Shown: positions 51,701 through 64,000, numbered from the stretch's first letter. The stretch: DNA of 64,000 nt from Balanoglossus misakiensis (GCA_040954595.2 CM082592.2:4046735-4110734); one strand, 5' to 3'. The notes: a model not told the origin generated them from the sequence alone. Translations and numbers: made by a program.

Positions 51701-54700
51701 ACTTTGCGGATTATCAAAATTTCTTCACTATTTGACAAAAATCATAGGTTATAGCCCATGAAAATCATCCAAAAATGGCAATTTTTCGACTTTGCGGATT
51801 ATCAAAATTTCTTCATTTTTTGACAAAAATCATGGGTTATAGCCCATGAAAATCATCCAAAAATGACAATTTTTCGACTTTGCGAATTATCAAAATTTCT
51901 TCATTTTTTGACAAAAATCATGGGTTATAGCCCATGAAAATTATCCAAAAATGGCAATTTTTCGACTTTGCGGATTATCAAAATTTCTTCACTTTTTGAC
52001 AAAAATCATGGGTTATAGCTCATGAAAATCATCCAAAAATGGCACTTTTTCGACTTTGCGGATTTTCAAAATTTCTTCATTTTTTGACAAAAATCATGGG
52101 TTATAGCCCATGAAAATCATCCAAAAATGACAATTTTTCGACTTTGCGGATTATCAAAATTTCTTCATTTTTTGACAAAAATCGTGGGTTATAGCTCATG
52201 AAAATCATCCAAAAATGACAATTTTTCGACTTTGCGGATTATCAAAATTTCTTCATTTTTGACAAAAATCATGGGTTATAGCTCATGAAAATCATGCAAA
52301 AATGGCAAATTTTCGACTTTGCGGATTATCAAAGTTTCGTCATTTTTTGACAATAATCATTGGTTATAGCTCATGAAAATCATCCAAAAATGACAATTTT
52401 TCGACTTTGCGGATTATCAAAATTTCTTCACTTTTTGACAAAAATCGTGGGTTATAGCTCATGAAAATCATCCAAAATGACATTTTTTCGACTTTGCGGA
52501 TTATCAAAATTTCTTCATTTTTCGTCAAAAATCATGGGTTATAGCCCATGAAAATCATCCAAAAATGACAATTTTTCGACTTTGCGGATTATCAAAATTT
52601 CTTCACTTTTTGACAAAAATCGTGGGTTTTAGCTCATGAAAATCATCCAAAAATGGCAATTTTTCGACTTTGCGGATTATCAAAAATTCTTCACTTTTTG
52701 AAAAAAATCATGGGTTATAGCCCATTAAAATCATCCAAAAATGGCAATTTTTCGACTTTGCGGATTATCAAAATTTCTTCATTTTTTGACAAAAATCATG
52801 GGTTATAGCTCATGAAAATCATCCAAAAATGACAATTTTTCGACTTTGCGGATTATCAAAATTTCTTCACTATTTGACAAAAATCATAGGTTATAGCCCA
52901 TGAAAATCATCCAAAAATGGCAATTTTTCGACTTTGCGGATTATCAAAATTTCTTCACTTTTTGACAAAAATCATGGGTTATAGCTCATGAAAATCATCC
53001 AAAAATGGCACTTTTTCGACTTTGCGGATTTTCAAAATTTCTTCATTTTTTGACAAAAATCATGGGTTATAGCCCATGAAAATCATCCAAAAATGACAAT
53101 TTTTCGACTTTGCGGATTATCAAAATTTCTTCATTTTTTGACAAAAATCGTGGGTTATAGCTCATGAAAATCATCCAAAAATGACAATTTTTCGACTTTG
53201 CGGATTATCAAAATTTCTTCATTTTTGACAAAAATCATGGGTTATAGCTCATGAAAATCATGCAAAAATGGCAAATTTTCGACTTTGCGGATTATCAAAG
53301 TTTCGTCATTTTTTGACAATAATCATTGGTTATAGCTCATGAAAATCATCCAAAAATGACAATTTTTCGACTTTGCGGATTATCAAAATTTCTTCTCTTT
53401 TTGACAAAAATCGTGGGTTATAGCTCATGAAAATCATCCAAAATGACATTTTTTCGACTTTGCGGATTATCAAAATTTCTTCATTTTTCGTCAAAAATCA
53501 TGGGTTATAGCCCATGAAAATCATCCAAAAATGACAATTTTTCGACTTTGCGGATTATCAAAATTTCTTCACTTTTTGACAAAAATCGTGGGTTTTAGCT
53601 CATGAAAATCATCCAAAAATGGCAATTTTTCGACTTTGCGGATTATCAAAAATTCTTCACTTTTTGAAAAAAATCATGGGTTATAGCCCATTAAAATCAT
53701 CCAAAAATGGCAATTTTTCGACTTTGCGGATTATCAAAATTTCTTCATTTTTTGACAAAAATCATGGGTTATAGCTCATGAAAATCATCCAAAAATGACA
53801 ATTTTTCGACTTTGCGGATTATCAAAATTTCTTCACTATTTGACAAAAATCATAGGTTATAGCCCATGAAAATCATCCAAAAATGGCAATTTTTCGACTT
53901 TGCGGATTATCAAAATTTCTTCATTTTTTGACAAAAATCATGGGTTATAGCTCATGAAAATCATCCAAAAATGACAATTTTTCGACTTTGCGGATTATCA
54001 AAATTTCTTCACTTTTTGACAAAAATCATGGGTTATAGCTCATGAAAATCATCCAAAAATGGCACTTTTTCGACTTTGCGGATTTTCAAAATTTCTTCAT
54101 TTTTTGAAAAAAATCATGGGTTATAGCCCATGAAAATCATCCAAAAATGGCAATTTTTCGATATTGCGGATTATCAAAATTTCTTCATTTTTTGACAAAA
54201 ATCGTGGGTTATAGCCCATGAAAATCATCCAAAAATGGCAATTTTTCGACTTTGCGGCTTATCAAAATTTCTTCATTTTTGACAAAAATCATGGGTTATA
54301 GCTCATGAAAATCATGCAAAAATGGCAATTTTTCGACTTTGCGGATTATCAAAATTTCTTCATTTTTTGATAAAAATCATGGGTTATAGCCCATGAAAAT
54401 CATGCAAAAATGACAATTTTTCGACTTTGCGGATTATCAAAATTTCGTCATTTTTTGACAAAAATCATTGGTTATAGCTCATGAAAATCATCCAAAAATG
54501 ACAATTTTTCGACTTTGCGGATTATCAAAATTTCTTCATTTTTTGACAAAAATCATGGGTTATAGCTCATGAAAATCATCCAAAAATGGCAATTTTTCGA
54601 CTTTGCGTATTATCAAAATTTCTTCATTTTTTGACAAAAATCATGGGTTATAGCTCATGAAAATCATCCAAAAATTACAATTTTCGACTTTGCGGATTAT

Positions 54701-56758
54701 CAAAATTTCTTCATTTTTTGATAAAAATCACGGGTTATAGCCCATGAAAATCATCCAAAAATGACAATTTTTCGACTTTGCGGATTATAAAAAATTCTTC
54801 ATTTTTTGATAAAAATCATGGGTTATAGCACATGAAAATCATGCAAACATGGCCATTTTTCGACTTTGCGGATTATCAAAATTTCTCCACTTTTTGACAA
54901 AAATCATGGGTTATAGCACATGAAAATCATGCAAACATGGCCATTTTTCGACTTTGCGGATTATCAAAATTTCTCCACTTTTTGACAAAAATCATGGGTT
55001 ATAGCACATGAAAATCATCAAAAAATGATGATTTTTCGACTTTGCGGATTATCAAAAATTCTTCATTTTTTGAAAAAAATCATGGGTTATAGCTCATGAA
55101 AATCATCATAAAATGACGATTTTCCTACTTTGCGAAACTTCGAAATTTCTTCATTTTTTGACAAAAATCATGGGTTATATAGCTCATGAAAATCATCCAA
55201 AAATGGCAATTTTTCGACTTTGCGGATTATCAAAATTTCTTCATTTTTTGTCAAAAAATCATGGGTTATAGCTCATGAAAATCATCCAAAAGTGACAATT
55301 TTTCGACTTTGCGGATTATCAAAATTTCTTCATTTTTTGACAAAAATCATGGGTTATAGCTCATGAAAATCATCCAAAAATTACAATTTTCGACTTTGCG
55401 GATTATCAAAATTTCTTCATTTTTTGATAAAAATCACGGGTTATAGCCCATGAAAATCATCCAAAAATGACAATTTTTCGACTTTGCGGATTATAAAAAA
55501 TTCTTCATTTTTTGATAAAAATCATGGGTTATAGCACATGAAAATCATGCAAACATGGCCATTTTTCGACTTTGCGGATTATCAAAATTTCTCCACTTTT
55601 TGACAAAAATCATGGGTTATAGCACATGAAAATCATGCAAACATGGCCATTTTTCGACTTTGCGGATTATCAAAATTTCTCCACTTTTTGACAAAAATCA
55701 TGGGTTATAGCACATGAAAATCATCAAAAAATGACGATTTTTCGACTTTGCGGATTATCAAAAATTCTTCATTTTTTGATAAAAAGCATGGGTTATAGCC
55801 CATGAAAATCATCCAAAAATGGCCTTTTTTCGACTTTGCGAATTTTCAAAATTTCTTCATTTTTTGAAAAAAATCATGGGTTATAGCTCATGAAAATCAT
55901 CATAAAATGACGATTTTCCTACTTTGCGAAACTTCGAAATTTCTTCATTTTTGACAAAAATCATGGGTTATATAGCTCATGAAAATCATCCATTTTTCGA
56001 CTTTGCGAAGTTTCAAAATTTCGTCATTTTTTGATAAAAAGCATGGGTTATAGCCCATGAAAATCATCCAAAAATGGCCATTTTTCGACTTTGCGAATTT
56101 TCAAAATTTCTTCACTTTTTGACAAAAATCATGGGTTATAGCACATGAAAATCGTCAAAAAATGATGTTTTTCCGACTTTGCGAAAGTTCGAAATTTCTT
56201 CATTTTTTGAAAAAATCATGGGCTATAGCACATGAAAATCATCAAAAAATGACTATTTATCGACTTTGCGAATCATCGAAATTTCTTCATTTTTTGAAAA
56301 AAATCATGGGTTATAGCTCATGAAAATCATCAAAAAATGACGATTTTTCGACTTTGCGAAACTTCGAAATTTCTTCATTTTTTGAAAAAAATCATGGGTT
56401 ATAGCTCATGAAAATCCTCAAAAAATGACGATTTTTCGACTTTGCGAAACTTCGAAATTTCTTCATTTTTTGGAAAAATCATGGGCTATAGCACATGAAA
56501 ATCATCAAAAAATGACTATTTATCGACTTTGCGAATCATCGAAATTTCTTCATTTTTTGAAAAAAATCATGGGTTATAGCTCATGAAAATCATCAAAAAA
56601 TGACGATTTTTCGACTTTGCGAAACTTCGAAATTTCTTCATTTTTTGAAAAAAATCATGGGTTATAGCTCATGAAAATCATCAAAAAATGACGATTTTTC
56701 GACTTTGCGAAACTTCGTAATTTCTTCATTTTTTGAAAAAAATCATGGGTTATAGCTC
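42737..56758 (+). repeat. Satellite DNA array, 88-bp monomer, about 160 copies (14.0 kb)
   Basis: Consensus CATGGGTTATAGCYCATGAAAATCATCCAAAAATGRCAATTTTTCGACTTTGCGGATTATCAAAATTTCTTCAYTTTTTGACAAAAAT; period 88 (e.g. 43061 to 43149); head-to-tail with no spacers. Confidence 0.98.
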
Positions 56759-57339
56759 TTCTACATATAACTTTTCGCTGTGATTTCAATATTTTTAATT
56801 TGTGTATGTACTGCAATTTCTTCTTCAAATTCATGAAACATGATCACATACACCCTGCATTCATAACTTATCAGCACAACATACGTGTATAGTTAACACA
56901 AATTCGCTTGTCAACAAGTGATCGTTACACACAGGACGTAAGACACATACAGGCTATGTCGACAAGCGGAGTACTGACGTATATTAACCATTTTGTTTGG
57001 AGTTCAGCAACAAATTACCGTTGATACACAAAACAAAAATACTGGAAATAAAGACAAAAGTTATGGCTAATGTCGCCTTTAATTTTTAAAACACGTGAAT
57101 GGAATTTAGTCAAACACGATTTACCTACAGCTCAGACTACTACCACAACTTGCCTACAGCCTATTAGTCTGTCGGTTACAACAATCTCACGCACGTCTAT
57201 GGACTCTGTATGACACGAACCCTAACTGTGTTTCAAAGCTTTTTGTTTATTAAAGTCTAACACGCCTGACGTTATTAATGAGAATCTCGTTATCGATTAC
57301 TGGATGACCGCTGTTTGGTGACACTGTTACTTTGACGAC

Positions 57340-57396
57340 GGGTTTATTCAGTGACGGCAGAACCCGATTCGGGTTCTGCCGTCACTGAATAAACCC
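57340..57396. repeat. Perfect palindrome, 28-bp arms with a 1-nt spacer
   Basis: GGGTTTATTCAGTGACGGCAGAACCCGA-T-TCGGGTTCTGCCGTCACTGAATAAACCC. Confidence 0.95.
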
Positions 57397-57533
57397 ATTC
57401 GACATACATGTACATGGATGTAGTTAGTTTTCAGTACATTTTCCATTAGCCATTTTTTTATTAAATAGAATTTAGATTTGCAATTTCAAAAATTATACTT
57501 CTCTCTGGGGAATGCAAATTTACCTGTGTAAAG

Positions 57534-57890
57534 TTAAAGGGACAAAGTCTCTCTCTCGCTGCCCTTTTCCCATTAATTATGTTTGACACAAGACACCGTT
57601 TATGTTATTCTACATGTGGATATATAGTGAATCAACGTTCAACCACACACACCTTCCATCCCGCTTGTAGACACGAGAGTGAAAAAACTCGCCAAAATGA
57701 ATAATCTGTCTCTACCATTTATTCATTTTAGGCAAGTTTTTACTCTCATATCATACAAGTGGGATGGAAGTTGTGTGTGGCTGAGCGTTCATTCACTACA
57801 TACACATTTGGACATTAACGTAAACGGTGTCTTGTATCAAACATAATTAATAGAAAGGGGCAACGAGAGAGGGAGACTTTGTCCCTTTAA
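57534..57890. mobile_element. Full-length palindromic MITE, TTAA-flanked with AGGG...CCCT termini (Kolobok-like ends)
   Basis: TTAAAGGGACAAAGTCTCTCTCTCGC...GAGACTTTGTCCCTTTAA; inverted arms of about 170 bp. Confidence 0.85.
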
Positions 57891-58191
57891 CTGTGTTGAT
57901 ACTGCATGGAAGGGGGGTTCTCTGACCACTCCACTACAATGAAGCCCTCATTTCCGACGAGATTAGACTGGTCACTGGGCGCGGTGGGCGGGAGCTGAAC
58001 TCTCTTATCTCACCTGGTTGGTGCCGTTCACAAGGGTGGATCTCCCGGTGGTGGGAGCAAAGGTGATATAGCTCTGTTTGGTTATTTTGGGGGCAACGCG
58101 CGTAAACAGAGGCCCGCGCACACAGTTGTCCAGTATCCAGACATCTTCACACACCGTACACGCCCGCACAACCGCAGAGCGACGACTCAAG

Positions 58192-58246
58192 ATGAAGAAA
58201 GCAGTCTACTTCTCGTCTGCTGCCCTGTTTGTTCTCCTTGTGACCG
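58192..58246 (+). CDS. Ly6/uPAR-domain gene, exon 1 (signal peptide MKKAVYFSSAALFVLLVT)
   Basis: caagATG context, hydrophobic core, donor G|GTAAGG (phase 1). Confidence 0.75.
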
Positions 58247-59661
58247 GTAAGGCGTCGTTTCATTTCATGTTGAGCGGTTTAACACTTTCCCCGGGAGTTT
58301 TTGGCCAGCCACTTCGAAGAGTGCATATGTTTTCATGTGGGGCGTGATGTCACAATCCGCTTGTTTTAAGAAATTGTGGCGATTCTAAGTTATGTACGTA
58401 AACGCCAGAGGCCATTGTAGGTACAACTTAACACGTGAACTTACAAAACGATCGACCAAAATCATCACCCAGACATGAAGAAAAATATTTATTTAAGTGG
58501 GTTCACAAATTTAAAGAGATCTAGTCTTACAACACACGGGGCTCTAGCATGCGGCCCATTGCGCAGACATAAATTCGCTTTCGATGTTTCAAAAAAAATT
58601 AGCGCGATTTTATGCCAATGTCACCGTGTATTCGCACTGACAAAAGTTGTAGCCTTGTTTGCATGCATATCTCCGTGAAGAGATCTATCAAACTGGTATA
58701 ACTATGAGATTTAGTAATGCATATATGAGGAGGTTTGAATAATTGTCTATTTGCTCACATTTTTTTTAATTACTTAGGAGATTGTTCTGTCAAAGCGAGG
58801 TGAGACAGATAAAGTCGAAATAAACTAAACTCATATACTATATATACATAAATCATATACCAGTACCTTTTGCAAAGCGAGTGGAGCATATACTGTATAC
58901 TGATATCGCTAAGGCGCAATCTACTATGAACAAAAAATGCATATCCATCTGATATACATTTGACTCCTGCCAGAGAAATTCAAAGAAGATGAATAATTTT
59001 CTATCCTTCATGACAACCAACTTCAAGTTTGGTCCTCTGGGTTAGAAAGTCAATATTCATAAACTTGAGAAATATATTATTCACCAGATTAAAGCTGAAA
59101 GCTGAAATCCTTGCGCATAGTTTCTGCACTAGTCTCTTATTTTAGCTGCTCATGATTGGCCGAATCAAAACAGTTTATCTAGTGTCGAGATAAGTTACAA
59201 ATCTGATTACAGACCCTAAGTAGTCCAGGCGATGCGCTAAAACTGTTTCAAATGTTCGCTTTAAACATTCTGGCTGGACATCATTGGTGTGCAGTATACA
59301 TGTAGAGTTTTTACTGTGGGAAAATTTTCCGCAGCAACTTTATCGGTCTGTCAGGTATGCTGATAAGACGAAGTAGCAATCATACAGATGAAATAAACCC
59401 GTCCAGCGCTGTTGCTTGCCCAGTGGACAAGGAGGGGAAACACCGAATTTAGTTCGCGCCAAGGAGTGCCTGTCATGTGTGATGACCAATACAATATACG
59501 GGATCTGTTGGCTATGTTTACAAAAGTACAACCATTGCATAAAATTGTGTGTTCTATACTTTAGTTTCTTGTTACTGTACGTTTTACTTCTCAAGTAATA
59601 CCTAAAAGGGACGTGAGAGGGGCCATTTCAAGTTATACATCGAGAAATGTATTTCTTTAAC

Positions 59662-60007
59662 TTAAGGGGAGTCCACAAAGTCTCTCTCTCTCTCTCTCGG
59701 TGTCCCTTTTCCATTAATTATGTTTGGTACAAGACACCATTTATGTTAATGTGTATGTGTATATGTAGTGAATCAATTTTCGAGCACATACAACTGCCAT
59801 CCCGTTTGCAGGATATGAGAGTAAAAAATCTCGCCAAAACGAATAGATGGTAGAGACCGATTATTCATTTTGGCGAGTTTTTTTTCACTCTCGTATCTTC
59901 AAATGGGATGTTTGTTATCGAACGTTGATTCACTATATGTAACGGTGTCTTGTATCAAATATAATTAATGGAAAAGGGGCAGCGAGAGAGAGACTTTGTC
60001 CCTTTAA
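59662..60007. mobile_element. Second full-length copy of the palindromic TTAA MITE
   Basis: Aligns with 57534-57890; ends GAGACTTTGTCCCTTTAA. Confidence 0.85.
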
Positions 60008-61722
60008 TCAAATGACACAGAACAACGGATGACATGCATGTTTGACACGCAACAATACAAATAACGAATGTGTTCTTTTCGCCATAACTCTTTTTAAACG
60101 AGGGGTGTGTGTGTAACTGTAGAACAATCGATACGCCAGTTTGTTGACGGCGACGGGGTACGCACTGTTGCTACAGCAACAATACTGCCAGCTAATCATT
60201 TCGAAGTGGGTCGCGGTCCCATCTGGTAACCAAAGGTCTCTCCATGTTTGCGCAGAATTGTCTCGCTCGCCCAAACTTCATAGCGGCGTCGCTGTGGAGC
60301 GTCGGTTTTAGTTTGGGTGTCCGGTCAAAAAATGACTAAAACCAACAGCACACAACATCACACTGTTTTGACGACGTTTTAGCATGAGAGTTGGGGTGGC
60401 CTACATTTTTGTGTCTGCCCATTTAGAACACCAGTACTATTTACCTGCGCATGTGCGACACTACATCATGCAGAATAAACCTTTGGTGCAAAACTTGAAT
60501 TTAAATACTCCGTCATGCTCTATGCAAAGCATGAGTTGGTGCAAAGCTTCTCAAGGAAGATGAAAAAGAATTCACGTCGACTTACAAACCAAATACTTAA
60601 TTTTATTTTGCTTTGTGTACTCGTTGGACAACACGTACACAGCTCAGCATTTCAAACATCGTATACGTCTGAGCGGTTTCAACAAAATGAGAGAAAAGAT
60701 GTGTAGACTAAACAAATCGATATACTGATTAAAAGCTATACAGGTGACTGCTGTAGAAGTACTGTGATGTAAATACTTTCATTTCACGCCACGGCAGACT
60801 TGTATGTGTGCTATAATTGTCAACTAACACCAAAAAGTAGAGAATACGTCTGTCGAAACTGGTCATTTATTTAAAGGGTGGTGTGCAGTGCATTTCTTAC
60901 ATTCCTTGTGAAAATAAAGAACCGAGGCAGTTGTTGCTCATTGAAATCGCCGGAATCAACCGATGTACCTACCTGTGAAAACATCGGCAAGGAACAAATA
61001 CATGTAGATGCGTTATATAGCGATTTTTAAAACATCTGTACTACATTCCTTACATTTTAGCCACTTAATCATGTTGTATCTCTATAATGCTTACAAGTAC
61101 ACATGCATTGTTTATACATAAGTACATACAACTCCCCACTAATTGCATTTTCTTGGAATGGGCGTTCGTTTGGATTCGCAGGCCAGGAATTTGTCGGTGC
61201 ACACCTTTTGCAAACAGTAGCAACCGGCATTTTCCACTAGACACGCCTGCCAACAAAGTCGAATGACACAAGCCATATGGACGTAGTACCACAGGCAAAC
61301 TTCACGCGTGCCGTCGCCGCGTCACACGGCGTTCTCATTTACATTTTCAGGGTCGGGGACTGTGATGTGGAAACCACACCAAGCTCACCTTACCCACGCG
61401 ACTATAATAATGGCATTGTCTATTTGTCCACTCGCGTGCTCGGAGCTATTAAATTGCAACAATTGGCCAATGAGCAACTTCGTTATAACATTACCACCAT
61501 CGAAGTGACCAAATCACACACAAAGGCCCTAAACAAACAACCAAAGCCGCCCCCCCCCCTAATTGATTGATATGGAAGTAAGCTCGGTAGTACATGCGTA
61601 TATGTAACACGTTGAACAAAATCAACGCCGAGTGATGGCGCCTTACTAATGTACAGGTCAGTAATCAACTGAATAGTCGAGCCGGTTTTAACAGTAAACA
61701 TTTCTTTGTTGGATTTTGACAG

Positions 61723-61823
61723 GCATTCTTTCTACCGACGCCCTGGAATGCCATTCTTGCAAGAAAGCTGAAACGAATGAGGAATGCAATGATGAAACTC
61801 CCGAAGAATGCAAAATGAATGAC
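61723..61823 (+). CDS. Ly6/uPAR-domain gene, exon 2 (GILSTDALECHSCKKAETNEECNDETPEECKMND)
   Basis: Acceptor ttttgacAG (phase 1), donor GTAGGT; LxCxxC start typical of LU domains. Confidence 0.85.
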
Positions 61824-62181
61824 GTAGGTGTTTGTTTTTTCACTATTAAAATCAGACTGTAACCGCGCCTGCTCTATTCATTGCGTGATTTGTTGGGCTC
61901 TGCTTTACGCCACTCTCTATACTGTATATGCCTCCACCATCTATAACTTCCTGGATTTTGGGGTACCTACCTCTAAATATTTCATCGAATATTCTGTCTA
62001 TCACATGTAAATGTTAACAAGAAGAGTGGAGTTTGTTCACAGTTGACCAGTGTTTACGCATGTTTCAATACGTCAAACGGCATATACAACATTTCGTACC
62101 AAATAAAGTTGACGAAAAAGTTCAAGAGAGAGAGGGCGACTTTTTAATTTTGCTAATCCAATTCTTCTGCGCTATCTCCAG

Positions 62182-62253
62182 CCTATGTGTATAACTGAAG
62201 CAAAGAATCAAGACGGAGTGATTCTCTTGGACAAAGGGTGCAAGGAATCAGAG
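62182..62253 (+). CDS. Ly6/uPAR-domain gene, exon 3 (PMCITEAKNQDGVILLDKGCKESE)
   Basis: Acceptor tatctccAG, donor GTAAGG; phase 0-0; KGC motif. Confidence 0.85.
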
Positions 62254-63129
62254 GTAAGGCGAGACACACACACGAGCTTTAATTCGGCCTTCCGCAAATT
62301 GATTCAAATCCTCAACAGATATATTTTCTTTTTTTAACAAACTCAGCGGCTTTGACCTCCCCTGTGGAAGCCATTGTAGACTGTTGTTGACCGTGCGTAC
62401 CGAATGAACAATATCAATATCAAAGATCCCGGACGAGCCCCCAATTTGTTACGGCACGCTGGCCGTTCAGTTCCGAAACAGAGCAGTGAGCAAAGATAGA
62501 CTTACTGAATGTCTCGCTTTGATGAACCAATCAGCGCAGCACGCAACAAAGACGGTCAACAATAGTCACACCACAACGTTATTTCCTTACTTATGGAAAC
62601 TTTTAATTATTAAAACTAAAGCATTGATAAATATAAACTGATTGTGCACTGAAAAAAAACACACAAAAATAAGTGACTACCTTAAATGTGACTAGGTGTG
62701 GAAATAAAAGACTAAAGTCCAATGTTCCGTAGCTTACGGCGAACGCGACAACAGCGCGTCAGTTCCGACGGCGAAGTTCAGTCCGAGTAGCGCTCTGGCA
62801 AAAATCCACCGGTAGACTGCACGGCTTCCAGACAAGTACAACATGAGACGGCACAGTTTCTAGACGCGGCTTCCAAACACGGCTTCCTAGAACGGCTTTT
62901 AAGCCAGCTGGTTAGAACGGAACGGACTCACACTCGCCAGTTCAATTAGCAGTTACGCCGCAACGTGGTCGGCAACGTGCAGGCTTTTATACGAGAACAA
63001 ATACTGTAATGAATTCATCACACCTGGTAACAATATTCAAATAACGAAAGTAAACGATAAACACACCTGGTCACGAAAACAATAGAAAACCTATCCTACT
63101 TAACACGATAAAGTGTAGTTGTCGAGGCA

Positions 63130-63363
63130 ATGTCCTTTGGCATTGACGCTTTGGAGAATATCAACAACACAGTTCGACAATGTATCGATAAAGAGTTCAA
63201 ACTACGGAATTGCGATGTATTTTTCAGTTGTAAGACAAACAAGAGCTTTTCAAGAATGGAAGAAAACACAGTCCATTTGTTAATTTTAATTGGTAAGTGG
63301 CGTATCCACAAATACTGGTTGCTTGATAATAAAAATGCCCCTGACATTGTAAATCTGGTCTAC
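63130..63363 (+). mobile_element. Possible decayed 3' fragment of an L1/Tx1-type LINE ORF2
   Basis: Translation ...DVFFSC...VHLLILIGKWRIHKYW...APDI resembles, by eye, the C-terminal motif of Tx1/L1 ORF2 proteins. Confidence 0.4.
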
Positions 63364-63365
63364 AG

Positions 63366-63492
63366 GCATGTCTGAACAACGAGGCGAGCAATCCACCGGA
63401 GTGCGCCGACGGCTTGGTGGCCAACAAATGTCGGTACTGCTGTGCGGAGTACGATCTGTGTAACAATGAAACACTCAACTTCACCGCCATCG
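63366..63492 (+). CDS. Ly6/uPAR-domain gene, exon 4 (ACLNNEASNPPECADGLVANKCRYCCAEYDLCNNETLNFTAI); the gene continues beyond the window
   Basis: Acceptor gtctacAG (phase 0), CC-x5-CN C-terminal LU signature, donor G|GTAAGA (phase 1), no stop reached. Confidence 0.85.
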
Positions 63493-63606
63493 GTAAGATA
63501 GACTAAGAGATGAAAAAATCACGCCACGCCGTATCATGTTATTTCACAGTACACGACGCGTGCATTATATTCACGGGTCGTTGATGACGCATATCAACGC
63601 AGTTCA

Positions 63607-63777
63607 TAGACTCTCTCACAGCCCTCGGTTCGCTACAAGGCTCTTCACTGACGCGCCCTCAACCGTTTGGCAAGGGAGAAGCAGCGTTTGGTGTTGTGTA
63701 GCGAACCTCTCGCCGGGCACACATGCAATCAGTCCATGAGCCTGCATGGACGACGAGAGGGGCTGTGAGAGAGTCTA
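63607..63777. mobile_element. Small TA-bounded MITE
   Basis: 18-bp perfect inverted ends TAGACTCTCTCACAGCCC and GGGCTGTGAGAGAGTCTA, plus an internal inverted repeat GGTTCGCTACA/TGTAGCGAACC. Confidence 0.7.
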
Positions 63778-64000
63778 CTCAGTTCATAGCAACGTTTGAT
63801 AATTACATGTTCATCTCACTCTTATCATGCATACCACTACTTAGGGCGTGGTACATTGAAATCTTTCCCGTTTGTCGTGGCGTGCTATCGGCTTGCTCTG
63901 AGAGAATAGCTGGATTAAACCTGCCAGGTTATCGTGTCATGTTTCATAAATATACATGCGAACTTTAATAAACCAGATGGATATTCATAAACTGTGAAAT

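Larger units (their letters stand above)
36566..56758 (+). repeat. Tandem segmental duplication, unit 2 (orphan 3' UTR copy, peptide gene B, ~1-kb extra segment 41390-42373, long satellite)
   Basis: Collinear with 30934-36565 apart from indels. Confidence 0.85.

Noticed and set aside
42737-56758. Regular repeat array with an internal palindrome resembling a CRISPR array
   Set aside because: Units are contiguous 88-bp near-identical monomers with no unique spacers, there are no cas genes, and the context is eukaryotic

Overview
Eukaryotic genomic DNA from an animal: GT-AG introns, GC-richer exons in AT-rich introns, a LINE, MITEs and satellite DNA. A marine invertebrate is plausible, but the species cannot be determined from this sequence. 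(1) 1872-30864 (+) is the 3' part of one large gene. Twenty exons join in frame by splice phase (about 2,300 aa inside the window, start upstream of it): a 3,954-nt phase-symmetric exon with a KRAP/ITPRID-type IP3-receptor-binding-like motif, then 19 exons encoding a mostly coiled-coil region. Its introns hold a 5'-truncated L2/CR1-group LINE, several RFX X-boxes, a likely alternative first exon, and two inverted half-MITEs that bracket four exons. (2) About 30934-56758 is a tandem duplication. Each unit has a copy of the region downstream of that gene's stop codon, a small minus-strand 3-exon secreted-peptide precursor gene and an 88-bp satellite array (about 5 copies in unit 1, about 160 in unit 2). 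The two peptides (78 and 73 aa) have identical first 22 residues but an unrelated basic segment next; the ORF track does not recover either as a whole gene. (3) 58192 to beyond the window end (+) is a signal-peptide plus Ly6/uPAR (three-finger) domain gene. All gene models were read by eye; no database searches were run.
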